Source: an uncultured Verrucomicrobiae bacterium (lineage in GTDB: Bacteria; Verrucomicrobiota; Verrucomicrobiia; Limisphaerales; JAFGQR01). From it: 64,000 nt of DNA. This document shows positions 46,768 to 58,450 of this stretch, in pieces. The DNA lies in assembly GCA_963788655.1 (NCBI GenBank), contig CAWBHS010000072.1:32001-96000 (forward strand), in the 5' to 3' direction. A program made the position numbers and the translations under genes. Each line of letters starts with the position of its first letter. Within the stretch, counting starts at the first letter, position 1. The notes under the pieces are model-generated. The model ran no database searches, was not told the origin of the DNA, and saw only the letters and a program-made list of their open reading frames with translations.

Positions 46768-48752
46768 ACCGGTACCTGGACATGGTTGAATGGCCCGTTC
46801 ACGTCAAGAAACTGACCCCCGAGCAACTGGGGGAACTGGCCGAGGAAATCCGGCAGGAACTGATCACCACCCTGGCCGTCAACGGCGGGCATCTCGGCCC
46901 GAACTTGGGGGTGGTGGAACTTACCCTCGCCCTGCACTACATCTTCGATACTCCCCACGACAAATTCGTCTGGGATGTCAGCCATCAGAGCTACGTGCAT
47001 AAGATGCTCACCGGGCGCAAAAATCGGTTTGCCACCATCCGCACCACTGATGGACTCAACGGATTTGCTTTGCGCACCGAGAGCGAGCACGATTGTTACG
47101 GCGCCGGTCACGCCGGCACGGCGCTTTCCGCGGCCCTGGGCATGGCGGCGGCCCGGGACAAACGGGGTACGGACGAAAACGTGGTTTGCATTTTTGGGGA
47201 CGCGGCGCTGACCAACGGCATTTCCTTTGAAGCCCTGAATAACCTCGCCCACACCACCAAGCGGTTCATCGGCATTCTCAACGACAATGAATGGAGTATC
47301 GCCAAGAACGTGGGCGCCATTGCGACATACCTGAACAAAGTCATCACGCATCCCCGTTACAGCCGCTTGCAAAAGGACATCGAGCGCCTGTTGCGCCGCA
47401 TGCCCAAGGGCGAGATTGCCCTCATGTTGGCGCACAAGGCTGAGGAAGGTTTCAAGAGCGCCATGACAGGCGTGGCGCTCGAGCAGAGCCCCAGTGTCAT
47501 GGACTCCGACGGGCGCGGCGGCTATGGTAGCAGCGTGATCTTCGAGGAAATGGGTTTGCGTTACCTGGGCCCCATCGACGGTCATGACCTGCCCCTGTTG
47601 ATCAAGTTCCTCGATTTCGCCAAGACGTACGACCAGCCGATTGTTCTGCACTTGCTGACCAAGAAGGGCAAAGGCTACGAGGCCGCCCAGAAGTATCCCG
47701 AGAAATTTCACGGCCTGGGGCCGTACGACGTCACCACCGGCTCGCCGATTCCTTCCAAACCGGGCAGCCCGCCCAGTTACCAGGAGGTCTTTGGCGACAC
47801 CCTGGTCAAGCTGTGTCAAAACGACAATTCGCTCGTGGGCATCACCGCCGCGATGCCCAGCGGTACGGGGCTTAAAGCGCTCGAGAAAGCGATGCCCGAC
47901 CGCTATTACGACGTGGGCATTGCCGAAGAACACGCGGTGATCTTTGCGGCTGGCATGGCCACCATGGGCTTCCGGCCTGTCTGCGCCATATATTCGACGT
48001 TCCTCCAGCGCGCTTACGACTGCATCATTCACGATGTCTCCCTCCAAAAACTGCCGGTGATTTTCTGCATGGACCGGGCGGGCCTTTCCGCCAACGACGG
48101 GCCAACGCATCATGGGCTGTTCGACATCGCGTACCTGCGTTGCGTGCCGAACATCATTGGCATGGCGCCGAAGGATGAAGATGAATTCGCCGACATGCTG
48201 TTTACGGCCTCCCGCCAAACCCTGCCGACCTGCATTCGTTACCCGCGTGGCACCGCCGAGGGTGTGCCCCTCAAAGACCAACCCCAGGAACTCGAAATCG
48301 GCAAGGCGGAAGTGCTGCAGGATTTCTCGCAGAAAGGCGGACGCAAGGTGGCTTTCTTCTCGCTGGGTAATCTCCAAAAGATCGCCCGCGAAGCCGCCGA
48401 CCAACTGACGGCTGAAGGCTATGATTGCGCCCTCATCAACGCGCGTTTCTTCAAACCGATCGACACTGAAACTACCGAACGGTTCGCTCGGATGGCCGAC
48501 GTGCTGGTCACCCTGGAAGACCACGTGCTCTCCGGCGGCTACGGCAGCGCCGTGCTGGAACTGCTGTCCAGTTGCCGGGTCTCCACCTCGGTCGTGCGCA
48601 TCGCCTGGCCCGACCAGTTCATCGAACACGCCAGTTCCGTCGGAACGTTGCGCCAAAAACACGGCCTTACTGCCGCCGCCACCGTGGCCCGGATCAAGGC
48701 GGAATTCGCGGCCAGCCCCATCGAACTGCGCCGGGAATTCGCAACCGCCTAG
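46764..48752 (+). CDS. dxs: 1-deoxy-D-xylulose-5-phosphate synthase
   Basis: GGHLGPNLGVVELT, WDVSHQ.Y.HK, GHAGT, GDAAL, YLGPIDGH, DVGIAEEHA, DGPTHHG. Confidence 0.96.
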   Translation: MNRYLDMVEWPVHVKKLTPEQLGELAEEIRQELITTLAVNGGHLGPNLGVVELTLALHYIFDTPHDKFVWDVSHQSYVHKMLTGRKNRFATIRTTDGLNGFALRTESEHDCYGAGHAGTALSAALGMAAARDKRGTDENVVCIFGDAALTNGISFEALNNLAHTTKRFIGILNDNEWSIAKNVGAIATYLNKVITHPRYSRLQKDIERLLRRMPKGEIALMLAHKAEEGFKSAMTGVALEQSPSVMDSDGRGGYGSSVIFEEMGLRYLGPIDGHDLPLLIKFLDFAKTYDQPIVLHLLTKKGKGYEAAQKYPEKFHGLGPYDVTTGSPIPSKPGSPPSYQEVFGDTLVKLCQNDNSLVGITAAMPSGTGLKALEKAMPDRYYDVGIAEEHAVIFAAGMATMGFRPVCAIYSTFLQRAYDCIIHDVSLQKLPVIFCMDRAGLSANDGPTHHGLFDIAYLRCVPNIIGMAPKDEDEFADMLFTASRQTLPTCIRYPRGTAEGVPLKDQPQELEIGKAEVLQDFSQKGGRKVAFFSLGNLQKIAREAADQLTAEGYDCALINARFFKPIDTETTERFARMADVLVTLEDHVLSGGYGSAVLELLSSCRVSTSVVRIAWPDQFIEHASSVGTLRQKHGLTAAATVARIKAEFAASPIELRREFATA

Positions 48753-48797
48753 CGACCGCTTCCCCTTCCCATTGTATTATTGTCTTAAACATCCAAC

Positions 48798-50069
48798 ATG
48801 TCATACCAACACGTAACCCCTCCTGCCGGCGAAAAGATCTCCCTCGACCACGGTCAATTAAAAGTCCCCGATCACCCCGTGGTTCCCTTCATTCGCGGTG
48901 ACGGCACCGGCCCGGATATCTGGGCGGCCAGCCAACGCGTCTTTGATGCCGCGGTGCAGAAGGCCTACGCCGGCCAGCGTCAGATCGCTTGGTTCGAAGT
49001 GTTCGCCGGCGCCACCGCCAAGGAGAAATTCGACAATTGGCTGCCGGACGATACGGTGGCGGCGTTCCGGGAATATTTGGTGGGTATCAAAGGGCCGTTG
49101 ACCACTCCCGTCGGCGGCGGCATTCGCTCGCTCAACGTCGCGTTGCGCCAGATGCTCGACCTCTACGTTTGCCTCCGGCCCGTGCAGCATTTCGCCGGTG
49201 TGCCGTCGCCGATCAAACACCCGGAGAAGGTCAACATGGTCATCTTCCGCGAAAACACCGAGGACATTTACGCGGGCATTGATTTCCAAGCCGGCTCGGA
49301 AATGGCCCTCAAAGTTATTGAATTCCTCAGAACCAGTTACCCGGCGGAGTTCAAGAAAATCCGTTTTGGGGCCGACGCTCCCGAACAAATTGGCATTGGC
49401 ATCAAACCCGTCTCGCAACCGGGCACCGAGCGCCTGGTGCGGGCGGCCATCGAATACGCCATTGCGCAAAAACGCAAGAGCGTCACCTTCGTCCACAAGG
49501 GCAACATCATGAAATACACCGAAGGCGCTTTCCGCGACTGGGGCTACGCGTTGGCCCAGCGGGAATACGGCGCCGTCGAACTGGATGGGGGGCCCTGGTG
49601 CAAGATTCCGTCCGGCAAACGCGGCGAAGGGCTGCTCGTCCGGGACGCCATTGCGGACATTACCCTCCAACAAGTCCTCACCCGGCCGGAGGAATTCGAT
49701 GTCATCGCCACGCTCAATCTTAACGGGGACTACATTTCCGATGCGCTCGCGGCGCAAGTCGGCGGCATTGGCATCGCCCCGGGCGGCAACATCAATTACG
49801 TCACCGGCCACGCCATTTTCGAAGCCACCCATGGCACCGCTCCCAAGTACGCCAACTTGGACAAGGTGAATCCCGGTAGTGTGGTCCTCAGTGGTGAAAT
49901 GATGTTCCGTTACCTGGGTTGGAATGAAGCCGCCGACCTGATCCTCAAGGGCCTCAACGGAGCGATTGCCAGCAAAAAGGTCACCTATGATTTCGCCCGC
50001 CAGATGCAAGGCGCCACCGAAATCAAGTGTTCCCAGTTCGGCGATAACCTGATCGAACACATGGCCTAA
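48798..50069 (+). CDS. icd: NADP-dependent isocitrate dehydrogenase
   Basis: [64 protein letters not shown]. Confidence 0.96.
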   Translation: MSYQHVTPPAGEKISLDHGQLKVPDHPVVPFIRGDGTGPDIWAASQRVFDAAVQKAYAGQRQIAWFEVFAGATAKEKFDNWLPDDTVAAFREYLVGIKGPLTTPVGGGIRSLNVALRQMLDLYVCLRPVQHFAGVPSPIKHPEKVNMVIFRENTEDIYAGIDFQAGSEMALKVIEFLRTSYPAEFKKIRFGADAPEQIGIGIKPVSQPGTERLVRAAIEYAIAQKRKSVTFVHKGNIMKYTEGAFRDWGYALAQREYGAVELDGGPWCKIPSGKRGEGLLVRDAIADITLQQVLTRPEEFDVIATLNLNGDYISDALAAQVGGIGIAPGGNINYVTGHAIFEATHGTAPKYANLDKVNPGSVVLSGEMMFRYLGWNEAADLILKGLNGAIASKKVTYDFARQMQGATEIKCSQFGDNLIEHMA

Positions 50070-50356
50070 TTGAGCGCTGGAATTTGCCGTCACGTCATGG
50101 CGCGCTGAATTCCTCACGGTTCAGTGGCTCCTCAGTTGCCAAGCCAACTGGCGAGTGCGTCGACTCGCAGCGCCCGAGGGGAGTGCGGTTTCCATGGTTA
50201 GCCACGGAAAGTGCCTTGCTGCCCTTGCGGAGATGGCGCTGCTGTGGCCGGGCCGGCCGCGCATCAGCATCATCAATTCAGGGATGTGTGGCTATTGCGC
50301 TGCGCCGCCATCGCAGACTTGACACGGTGAAGGGAACCGGCAGTCTTGCGCCCACC

Positions 50357-52443
50357 ATGAAGCCGCAAAATAAATCGATTGCTGGATTGGCGTTGCCACG
50401 CCACTTGGAAACTTCTCTCCACACTGTCTGCAAGCGCCCTTGGCTCCGATGGCCAAGCTTCCGCAGCGTGGCCGGGCTTTCGGCCGGTTGCTTGCTGTTC
50501 ATTGCCCTCGGGGCGCCCGCCGCGCAGCCGGATACAATTTCCACGGCGACGCTGCTCAACGATATGACGGACCTGGCCGGTATGGCCGAGTTCCCCACGC
50601 CCGCTTACACTTGCAAGCAGTTTTCGTCTTATGACCGCAAGGCGAAGTCACCGACGCAGGATTGGTTTGCCAACGGCGATTGCGGCCAATATCTGCGCGT
50701 CGAAGAACGCGCCGGACGCAAGGAGTTCGTGATGATGGATACCGACGGTCCGGGAGCCATTGTGCGGATCTGGTCCGCCAATCCGCAGGGCACGCTGCGC
50801 GTTTACCTTGACGGCGCGGCGCAACCCGTGCTCGAAGCACCGATGTCGGAATTGTTGGGGGGCAAATATCCGGGTTTGCCGCAGCCCATCGCCGGCGAAT
50901 ACAGCAAGGGCTGGAACCTCTATTTTCCAATTCCTTACGCGCGGCACTGCAAGGTGACCAGCGACAAGGGCAATTTCTATTATCACGTGAACTACCGGAC
51001 CTACCCGGCCGGCACTCCAGGTCGCGACCTTTCGTGCCGAACAAATCACCGAATTGGCCAATCGGATCAAACAGGTCGGAGCCATATTGGCCGAGCCACG
51101 CAGCTTGGCGCGGACGCTGGGTGGTGAAGTGGAACCGTTCGAGGTGCAATTGCCGCCTGGTGAAACTGTACGCCAGGAATTTTGGGGACCGAAAGCGTTC
51201 ACCCGATCGATGGTGCGTTTGTCCGCCAATGACCCCGTGGCCGCGCTGCGCGGGATCATTGTGAAGATCACCTTTGACGGCGAGCGTTGCCTCGAGGCGC
51301 CGTTGGGTGATGTCTTTGGCAGTGCGCCTGGAATCAATCCGTATGCAACGTTGCCGCTGGGAATGACCAAGGACGGCGAGATGTATTGTCACTGGTTCAT
51401 GCCCTTCAAAGACTCGGCGGTCATCGAACTGGTGAACCACAGCCGCGAAAGCGCCTGGCTCACCGGCGAACTGGCGATCAAAGATTATCGCTGGACGGAG
51501 TCCTCGATGCATTTCCACGCCAAGTGGCGGGCGCAGTTTGATGTGCCTACGCGGCCGATGATCGATTGGAATTACCTCACGGCGAAGGGCCAGGGGGTAT
51601 TCGCGGGCGTAGCCTTCGCGATTGATAATCCCGTGAAGGCTTGGTGGGGTGAGGGCGACGAAAAAATCTACGTGGACGGCGAAACGTTTCCCAGCCACTT
51701 CGGTACGGGCACGGAAGATTATTACGGTTATGCCTGGTGCTGGCCGGTGCCGTTTATGCACGCCTACCATGCGCAACCGCGTTGCGACGGACCGGGAAAT
51801 TACGGCCGCACCAGTGTGAACCGGTTCCACATTCTTGACCGCATTCCGTTCACCAAGGATTTCAAGTTCGACATGGAACTGTGGCATTGGGATGCCAAGT
51901 GCAAGGTGAATATGGCTGTGACGGCGTACTGGTATGCCCGTCCCGGCGGGACCGATGCCTTCAAGCCGATTCGCGCGGAAGACGCCGTGGTGCGGCCAAT
52001 GCCCGAATGGGTGGTGCCGCACGTGGCGGGTGCGCTGGAGGGCGAAAAACTGCGGATCGTCCGCGTGACGCGGCACCGCCGAACCGCAGGATTGGGACGG
52101 CGTCAGCGCCGGACGGCATTTGTGGTGGCATGCCGGCATGAAGCCCGGCGACACGCTGGCGGTAGCCTTTACCGCGCCGAAAGCCGGTCGTTACCGGGTG
52201 TTAGGTCGATTCTTGCAGGCGCGCGATTACGGCATTCATCAACTCGCGATCAATGGCAAGAACACCGGTGCGCCGATGGATTTCTACAATCCCGAGGTGC
52301 GGCCGACGAAGGAAATTGACTTGGGCGTTTACGATTTGAAAGCCGGCGAAAACGAATTCTCCGCTACGGTCGTTGGCGCGAACGAGCAGGCGATCAAGAG
52401 CTACATGCTGGGCTTGGATTACCTGCTGCTGAAGCCGGAATAA
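50357..52443 (+). CDS. DUF2961/GH172-like secreted glycoside hydrolase with a C-terminal CBM-like domain; apparent indels near 51018 and 52070
   Basis: QFSSYDR, GPGAIVRIWSA, WWGEGDEKIYVDGE.FPS.FGTGTEDYYG.AW, RFHILD.IPF. Confidence 0.8.
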
Positions 52444-52485
52444 GGGACGGTTGCAAAATGGTTAAGGGCGGCTCGCCGAGTCCAG

Positions 52486-52615
52486 GTAGGACAGGCGTCC
52501 CGCTTGTCCCGAAAGCACGAACCGGTTAAATTTTATCACAACTCGTCGGGTGAAAAGTGGAGCGTCTGAGGTGGTCCGGCTGGGCGAGGCTCGACAGCCG
52601 AGACGGCTGTCCTAC
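52486..52615. repeat. GTAG-REP doublet of the same family as the REPs inside the 194-bp element
   Basis: GTAGGACAGGCGTCCCGCTTGTC (52486-52508) and GACAGCCGAGACGGCTGTCCTAC (52593-52615). Confidence 0.75.
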
Positions 52616-53889
52616 GTAAGCGTATTCCGCCACTTCGCCATGGGTAATCCGGTTTCCGCTTCGATGGCCAGCAGGCGGTTGTATTTGCTCAAGCGTTCGG
52701 ATTGGGTGATGGAACCGATCTTGATTTGATCGCCCGCCCAACCGACCGCCAAGTCGGCCAGCCAATTGTCTTCCGTTTCGCCGCTACGCGCACTGATGGT
52801 CACCTGCCAACCGGCCGAACGCGCGCGTTGACTGGCTTCGAGCGCTTCGGTGAGCGTGCCGATTTGGTTCACCTTGAGCAACAGGGCCGAGGCGGCGTGG
52901 GTGTCGATGGCGCGACGTATACGGCGAGGATTGGTGCAAAGAAAATCGTCACCCAACACGAGCACCTCTTTTGGCAGTTGTCGGCTCAACTCGGGCCAGT
53001 GGTCCCAATCGTCCTCTGCCAATCCGTCTTCAACACTTACCATGGGATACTCCGCACACCAGCGTTTCAATTGGCGGATCATGCCCTGACTATCCAGCGG
53101 CGTTTCACCGAGATGGTAAAGTCCATCGCGGAAGAAATGACTCGAGGCCAGGTCCACGGCCAGCGCGACGTCCCGGCCGGGCTTGAACCCGGCGGCTGTG
53201 ATGGCGGCCACGGCATCTTCAAGCATGGCTTCCGCATTCGGAAACGGCGGTGCCTGACCGCCTTCATCAGCGCGCAGCAGGCGCATCCCATATTTCTTGC
53301 GGCAGAGATCTGCAGCCGAGTAGTAAACGGCAAAAGTCGTGGCCAGCGCTTCGTCCATGGTGCGGGCGGCAACCGGCACCACGAGCAAATCCTGGATTGG
53401 CACTTGCACGCCGGCGTGTTTGCCCCCGCTGAATAAGTTGATGGTAGGGCAGGGGAGTGATCGGAGTGGTTGTCCAGCTTCATTCGCAAAATGCAGATAT
53501 AATGGTATTCCACACTGGGCCGCCGCCGCCCGTGCAAACGCCAGTGAAACGGACAACAAGGCATTGGCGCCTAATCGGGACTTGTTCGGCGTGCCGTCCA
53601 GTTCGAGCATTGCCTGATCGAGCTGGGCTTGGTTTGTGAATGTCCGATCAGCCAGACTTTGGTTGAGCGTTTCGTTCACATTGGCCACCGCGCGGCGGCA
53701 GCCCAACCCGCGATAACGTTGTGGGTCACCATCGCGCAGTTCCAAAGCCTCGGCGCTACCGGTCGAAGCTCCCGAGGGCACCGAGGCAGTGCCGACGGCA
53801 CCGCTGCGCAAACGGCAGGTGGCCTGGACAGTGGGGCGGCCCCGGCTGTCCAGGATTTCGAGCGCGCTGAGTTTATCGATGGTCAACAT
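52612..53889 (-). CDS. eno: Enolase-family protein (divergent paralog)
   Basis: EILDSRGRPTV, VPSGASTG..EA.ELRD, DEGG, EDG..EDDW, GDD, LKVNQIGTLTE; but SARSGETED and IQDL differ from the canonical motifs. Confidence 0.85.
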   Translation of the reverse strand: MLTIDKLSALEILDSRGRPTVQATCRLRSGAVGTASVPSGASTGSAEALELRDGDPQRYRGLGCRRAVANVNETLNQSLADRTFTNQAQLDQAMLELDGTPNKSRLGANALLSVSLAFARAAAAQCGIPLYLHFANEAGQPLRSLPCPTINLFSGGKHAGVQVPIQDLLVVPVAARTMDEALATTFAVYYSAADLCRKKYGMRLLRADEGGQAPPFPNAEAMLEDAVAAITAAGFKPGRDVALAVDLASSHFFRDGLYHLGETPLDSQGMIRQLKRWCAEYPMVSVEDGLAEDDWDHWPELSRQLPKEVLVLGDDFLCTNPRRIRRAIDTHAASALLLKVNQIGTLTEALEASQRARSAGWQVTISARSGETEDNWLADLAVGWAGDQIKIGSITQSERLSKYNRLLAIEAETGLPMAKWRNTLT

Positions 53890-53987
53890 GAGCAGAGACT
53901 ATCCGTTAGAGCGGAGTTTGAAAATCTGGAACCTTGCAGCCACTGACGGGAAGGTGGACCATTCGGCCACTTGGCGCCGGCCAATCC

Positions 53988-54140
53988 GCCTCCTCACATC
54001 GGCTGCTGCCTTTTTAAAATTACTCTCAACCTCCGTCTTAAAACTCCAGTCACCTCGTAGCAGCCGACGTAAGGAGGCTCTAATTCTCGAAACACCAACC
54101 TATTCACGATTAGCATGAGCCTCCTCACGTTGGCTGCTAC
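53988..54140. repeat. REP cluster of a second GTAG family
   Basis: GTAGCAGCCGACGTAAGGAGGCT (from 54057) inverted against AGCCTCCTCACGTTGGCTGCTAC (to 54140); a third copy at 53988-54009. Confidence 0.75.
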
Positions 54141-54158
54141 CAATTTCCCAATAGGCTG

Positions 54159-55220
54159 TTAGTCCAGCCAACGAAGGAACATATCCCCCAGCCGTGGCGG
54201 CGGTTCGTTCAGCAAGGCACGCACCCGGCGTCGCTGTTGGTTGCGTTCGGCGGCGGTGAAATATTCCAGGGGCGACCGGCCATCCACGCGCGCCAGCAGG
54301 CAGGCCAGCGTATGCCGGACGGCACGCGCTTCCATCTCGGGTTGGCGTCCGATGGCACCCGCGGCTTTTTGATAGGCCTCCCAATAGCAACGGGCGGCCT
54401 CCATGAGCGGTTGGCGATGCGCCGGTAAATGAAACGCTTTGCTCAGCAAATGGGTGAGCGAAAAACCCAGGTCAAACGCCGGATCGCCCCAATGGATGAC
54501 CTCGTGATCGAGCAGGACCAGCCGGCCCTGAAACACCAGGATGTTTTTGGGACTGTAATCGCCATGCACGAGCGCGAGCCGCGTAGCCAGCGTTTCCTCG
54601 ATCAACCGGCCAAAGAAATCGGCGGTGTCCGGATTGCGCGCGGCGGTGAAACGGTAGTACGGCTCCAACCGTAACATCTCGAAAAACGTGCGGTCGCCGA
54701 ACACCGCGCTGAGTTCCTGAGCTCGATTCATGGACTGCCGGTGAATGGTACCCAGCAACCGACCGAATTGTTCCACCTGCCCGCGTTCGACGGTGCCCGC
54801 CAGCAGTTGGGTTTTCCAATTGGCATGCGGTTGGGGCACGGCCTGCATGGCCAGCAGGTATTGGGGACGATCTTCGAACAGCAACGGGGTAATGGTTCCC
54901 GGCGGCGCCAATCGGTTCAACCAATCGAGCCCCAGGGCCTCCCGATGAATGCGCGACGGATCGCAATACCAATCCTCTTTCACGCGCAGTTTGGACAGCG
55001 CCTGCTTCAGCACTATCCCGACCCCGTGACCGCGCTCGACCAGCACCGTGCGATTGGAGACGCCGCCTTTCAGGATGGTCATGCGCGGCGTTTCCGTCCC
55101 TCCGACGCGCCCCGTGTTCCGCAAGTACATCAGCAAGGCTTCCGGTTGTTCGATGTCCAAGTCCACGGGGCGAGTGAAGAGCAGATTTCGTGCAAAGGCG
55201 AGACTTTCGCGGCTCTGCAT
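54159..55220 (-). CDS. APH/choline kinase-fold phosphotransferase (methylthioribose-kinase-like)
   Basis: GGVSN, VLKQA..KLRV..DW, Brenner motif HGDYSPKN, LLDHE..HWGDPAFD. Confidence 0.82.
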   Translation of the reverse strand: MQSRESLAFARNLLFTRPVDLDIEQPEALLMYLRNTGRVGGTETPRMTILKGGVSNRTVLVERGHGVGIVLKQALSKLRVKEDWYCDPSRIHREALGLDWLNRLAPPGTITPLLFEDRPQYLLAMQAVPQPHANWKTQLLAGTVERGQVEQFGRLLGTIHRQSMNRAQELSAVFGDRTFFEMLRLEPYYRFTAARNPDTADFFGRLIEETLATRLALVHGDYSPKNILVFQGRLVLLDHEVIHWGDPAFDLGFSLTHLLSKAFHLPAHRQPLMEAARCYWEAYQKAAGAIGRQPEMEARAVRHTLACLLARVDGRSPLEYFTAAERNQQRRRVRALLNEPPPRLGDMFLRWLD

Positions 55221-55320
55221 GGAGGGCGCCGCGCATTAGGGCCGCGAGCGTGAGGGAATGGTGGATATGCGCGGGAGCGAATTATCCCGCAAGCGTCGTC
55301 AGTGGGTTTGCTTTCCCAGT

Positions 55321-57958
55321 TCACCGCTGTTCCGCGACCGAATGTTGAAGCCGCTGGAGGCACTCCGCAATTTGCCGGCGTGCCGTAAGCAGCGTTTGCG
55401 GTTCGGCGGTGTAGGCCAGGTCTTCACGACAAACGTCATCATTGATTGCCAGCAATCGCTCGGCCGCGGCCACATCTTCCCCCTTGGCCTTCGCTTGCGT
55501 CGCGGCGTCGCGCAGCCGGGCGAGCATTTCGTAATCCTCGATGCCATCGCGCAGATTCTCCAGCCGGATCGAGGACCACACGGTGCCCTGCGGGCCGGGA
55601 TAGACGAGGTAACCATCGCCGTTGTAATTGCCAAAGGTGTTGGCCTGCCAGCCGGTTTCGATTTTGGTCAGGAAGGGTTGCTCCCCAAGTTGTTTCAAGT
55701 TCTTGCCCCAAGAGTTGGCCGACCAATATTCGAATCCGCTCACGCCCAGTTTCCAGCTCAGCCAGCCGATGATGCGCGCGTCCATGGCCGGATAATCCAC
55801 GAACAAATTCGGATGCGACGATGGATAGCAGCAGACCGCCCAAATCACGTCGTCGCCCGCCCGCTGGCGTTGGAGGACACCGCTGCGGTGGAATTGTCCA
55901 ATGTACACGTCCCAAAGGTCCGCGAAACCCGCCAGCGCCGCCACACCTTTGGGTTCATTGAGACATTGCATCACCGCCACGTCCGGCACCGCGGACTTTA
56001 CCATTAGATAATTGGTCTGGCACGCCGGCCATTGACTGGCCGGGGCTTCATCAATGTTGTACACGTGTCCGAGCTTCAGCCAATCACGATCACGCAGGTG
56101 GGCGGTGTATGCAGTCAGGAATTTCGAAAATCGCGCGGCGTAATCGGCGGGGTACAGACTTGGGGAATCCGAACTTCCCCAGCTTCGGAAAGCGGGCGAT
56201 GGTAAAAATGTTCATGCCGCGCGCCAGACAATACTCCGCTACTTGGTCGGCGGCGGCGAAATCCCACTGGCCGTTTTGAAAGAGAACCGGCTTTTGCGGC
56301 GCGTCCCAACTCCAGCCCAACATGACGTAAGCCGGACTGAGCCGGTTGGCTAATAAGCGGTCGATAAACGCGTTCGACCGCCCACCATCAACCACCATCG
56401 CGCGGAACTTGCCGGGTGTGGGCAACGTGAAATCCCAAACCGTCACCGCGATGTCCACGGTAGTCGCCGGAGTACCGTCTGCCTTCAAAGTGAGTGTGCC
56501 CCGGTATTCGCCCGGCGGCGCGTTGGTCGGCGCATGCACCGTTACCCAGAGCGGTTGCACCCGGCCCGCTGGAACGTCCACTTGCGGCAGTTGCAAGAGT
56601 GGATCGGGCCAAAGCCCAACGTAGGCCGCGCTGTATTTGTCCGGGCTGACGGTATTGACGTAGCCAACCTGGCGCACGGTGACATTGGTGTTGGCGATGA
56701 CATCGCCAGCGGAGCGTAGATCGGAAACTTTCGCCGTCAGACCGCGCAAATCACGGTTCACGTTGGCGATGACGAGTTGGGCGCCTTCGTATTCGTTGCG
56801 GGCCAGTTCCAATCGCAGCGATTGCCCGAATGCGCCGGCATACGGAACATCCCGACGGATTTTTTCCAGAGTGGTCGCAATTCCGATTTGATACGCCACG
56901 TCGTCACGCGTCAGACGGAATTCCCCGTCCGCTTCCATCCAGTCACTCGTGGCGCCCTGCCCATCGCGCGCTCGCAAGCGCAGTCGATAGCCTCCGCCAA
57001 CTGACAAGCTGGTCGTGTTCCAGCGATATTCGGTTCCGGTCACGCCTCGAGCCACCGGCGTCCAGGCACCGGTGGCGGATTTCACTTCGAGATCGAACAC
57101 CACGGCATCGCCGTTCGGATCGGCGGGATTCAGCGTCCGCCAACGCAAAACATGTTCCCGTCCGATGGTCGTATCGCGAAAGCGCCCTCCCATACCGGCG
57201 CGTAGGGCGGCAAATTCCCAGCGAAACAGTAAGTGATTTCCAATCGCGGACGATCGCCGACGTTGCCGAAGTCTGCACGCGCGGAACTTGATTCCGTAGT
57301 TACCCTTGTCGCCGCGCGACGAATCGCGCTCCGCCACGCGCAGGACCAGACCCTGGTTCGTGGCGGGATTTTGCAGCCAGGACTGCACGGTTTCCGGACG
57401 CAGTTTCCAGGTGATCCATGACGGGCGCGGCGTCTTCTCGCCTTCCTTAAACCGGTCGCCGTAAATGACCGCCGTGGATTCAGATTCGGGAGCGATGTGA
57501 TCGAGCGTGCCATCCAACGACCGGTTCAGGGCAACGTGATAAACATTCACTGACCACCACTCGTCGTAATAGCGCAAGGAGAGGGTTGCGGAAGTGATCT
57601 TCACGCCGTTGCCCGGAATGACCTGTTCCAGGTCGGCAAACCGAATGAAATGGCGATAGTCCGGACTGGGATATTTCGGATTGGTGGATTTCCGATCATC
57701 CATCAACTTGAGACGGCCTTCCGTGCCATCATCCAATGCGCCGGAATAACCGTTCAGTCCGTTCTGAAAAATGACCGTGGCCTGCCCGGCTTTGGCGGGT
57801 GGCAACAGGACCGCGAGCATTGCTACCGCCATCACGCCGAGGACAAACGATATCCGGGCAGCGCGCCTCGTGGCGGGCAGCCAGCAGAAATGCCGGTGAG
57901 CAAAACTGGTTCTACGTCGTTCCCTCGAAGCTTGAAGTAAAGATTGTTCGTTTTGCAT
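55321..57958 (-). CDS. Secreted DUF4091/GH123-like glycoside hydrolase with N-terminal DNRLRE-like and FN3-like modules; apparent indels near 57275 and 56150
   Basis: LARNEYEG.Q, WPDPL, QPLW.TV..P..A.PG.Y.G, VWDF.LP, DE, GFEYW, NGDG.L.YPG, SSIRLENLRDGIEDYE. Confidence 0.75.
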
Positions 57959-58183
57959 GGAGGTGTGTTAATCCTATTCACTGAATCTGTCCAACCGAGA
58001 GTCTGCTTCACCGGTGGCTTTGGCACCTTTGTCCAATTGCTCGGGGGTGCCCCATTTCCAGTAGATCACCAACGTGGCAATCTTACCCTGACGGACGTGG
58101 CCCCCCACGCGCAGGGTCGGCTCGGCCGGCGGTTGCCCAGTTCACGAAAAGTTAGCACCTAGCCCCCTTGCGAGGCCGCAGGC

Positions 58184-58450
58184 TTAGCGAATACCTAAAC
58201 ACCGTGAGGCTGGTCGGCCAAACAGAACATACCGGATGTCGGTCAGTGTGCCGCTGCCCGGAATGGAATTCAGTCCATAACCAAACGCAGTGAACAGATT
58301 GCCGGGATTCGTTTGGATAACCGGCGTCTGCCGGAGCGTCACGTAGTCGCCATAACAGGTGGTTCCAACGTTACTGGCGATTGTTAAATACCCTACAAAA
58401 TCCCCCCAGAAACCAACCACGTGATTTCCATAATTGCCGTTGGGCGTTTT
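58184..58450 (-). pseudogene. Orphan C-terminal fragment of a secreted protein
   Basis: Protein-like stretch (NHVVGFWGDF...YGDYVTLR...FTAFGYG...RYVLFGR) with no start or N-terminal part, next to an AT-rich degenerate tract. Confidence 0.45.

Noticed and set aside
46692..50117. Long antisense ORFs (656 and 419 aa; likewise 633-1925, 1938-3572, 5806-6993, 16572-17879)
   Set aside because: These are shadows of well-supported genes on the opposite strand, expected from high-GC codon bias. They contain no recognisable motifs.
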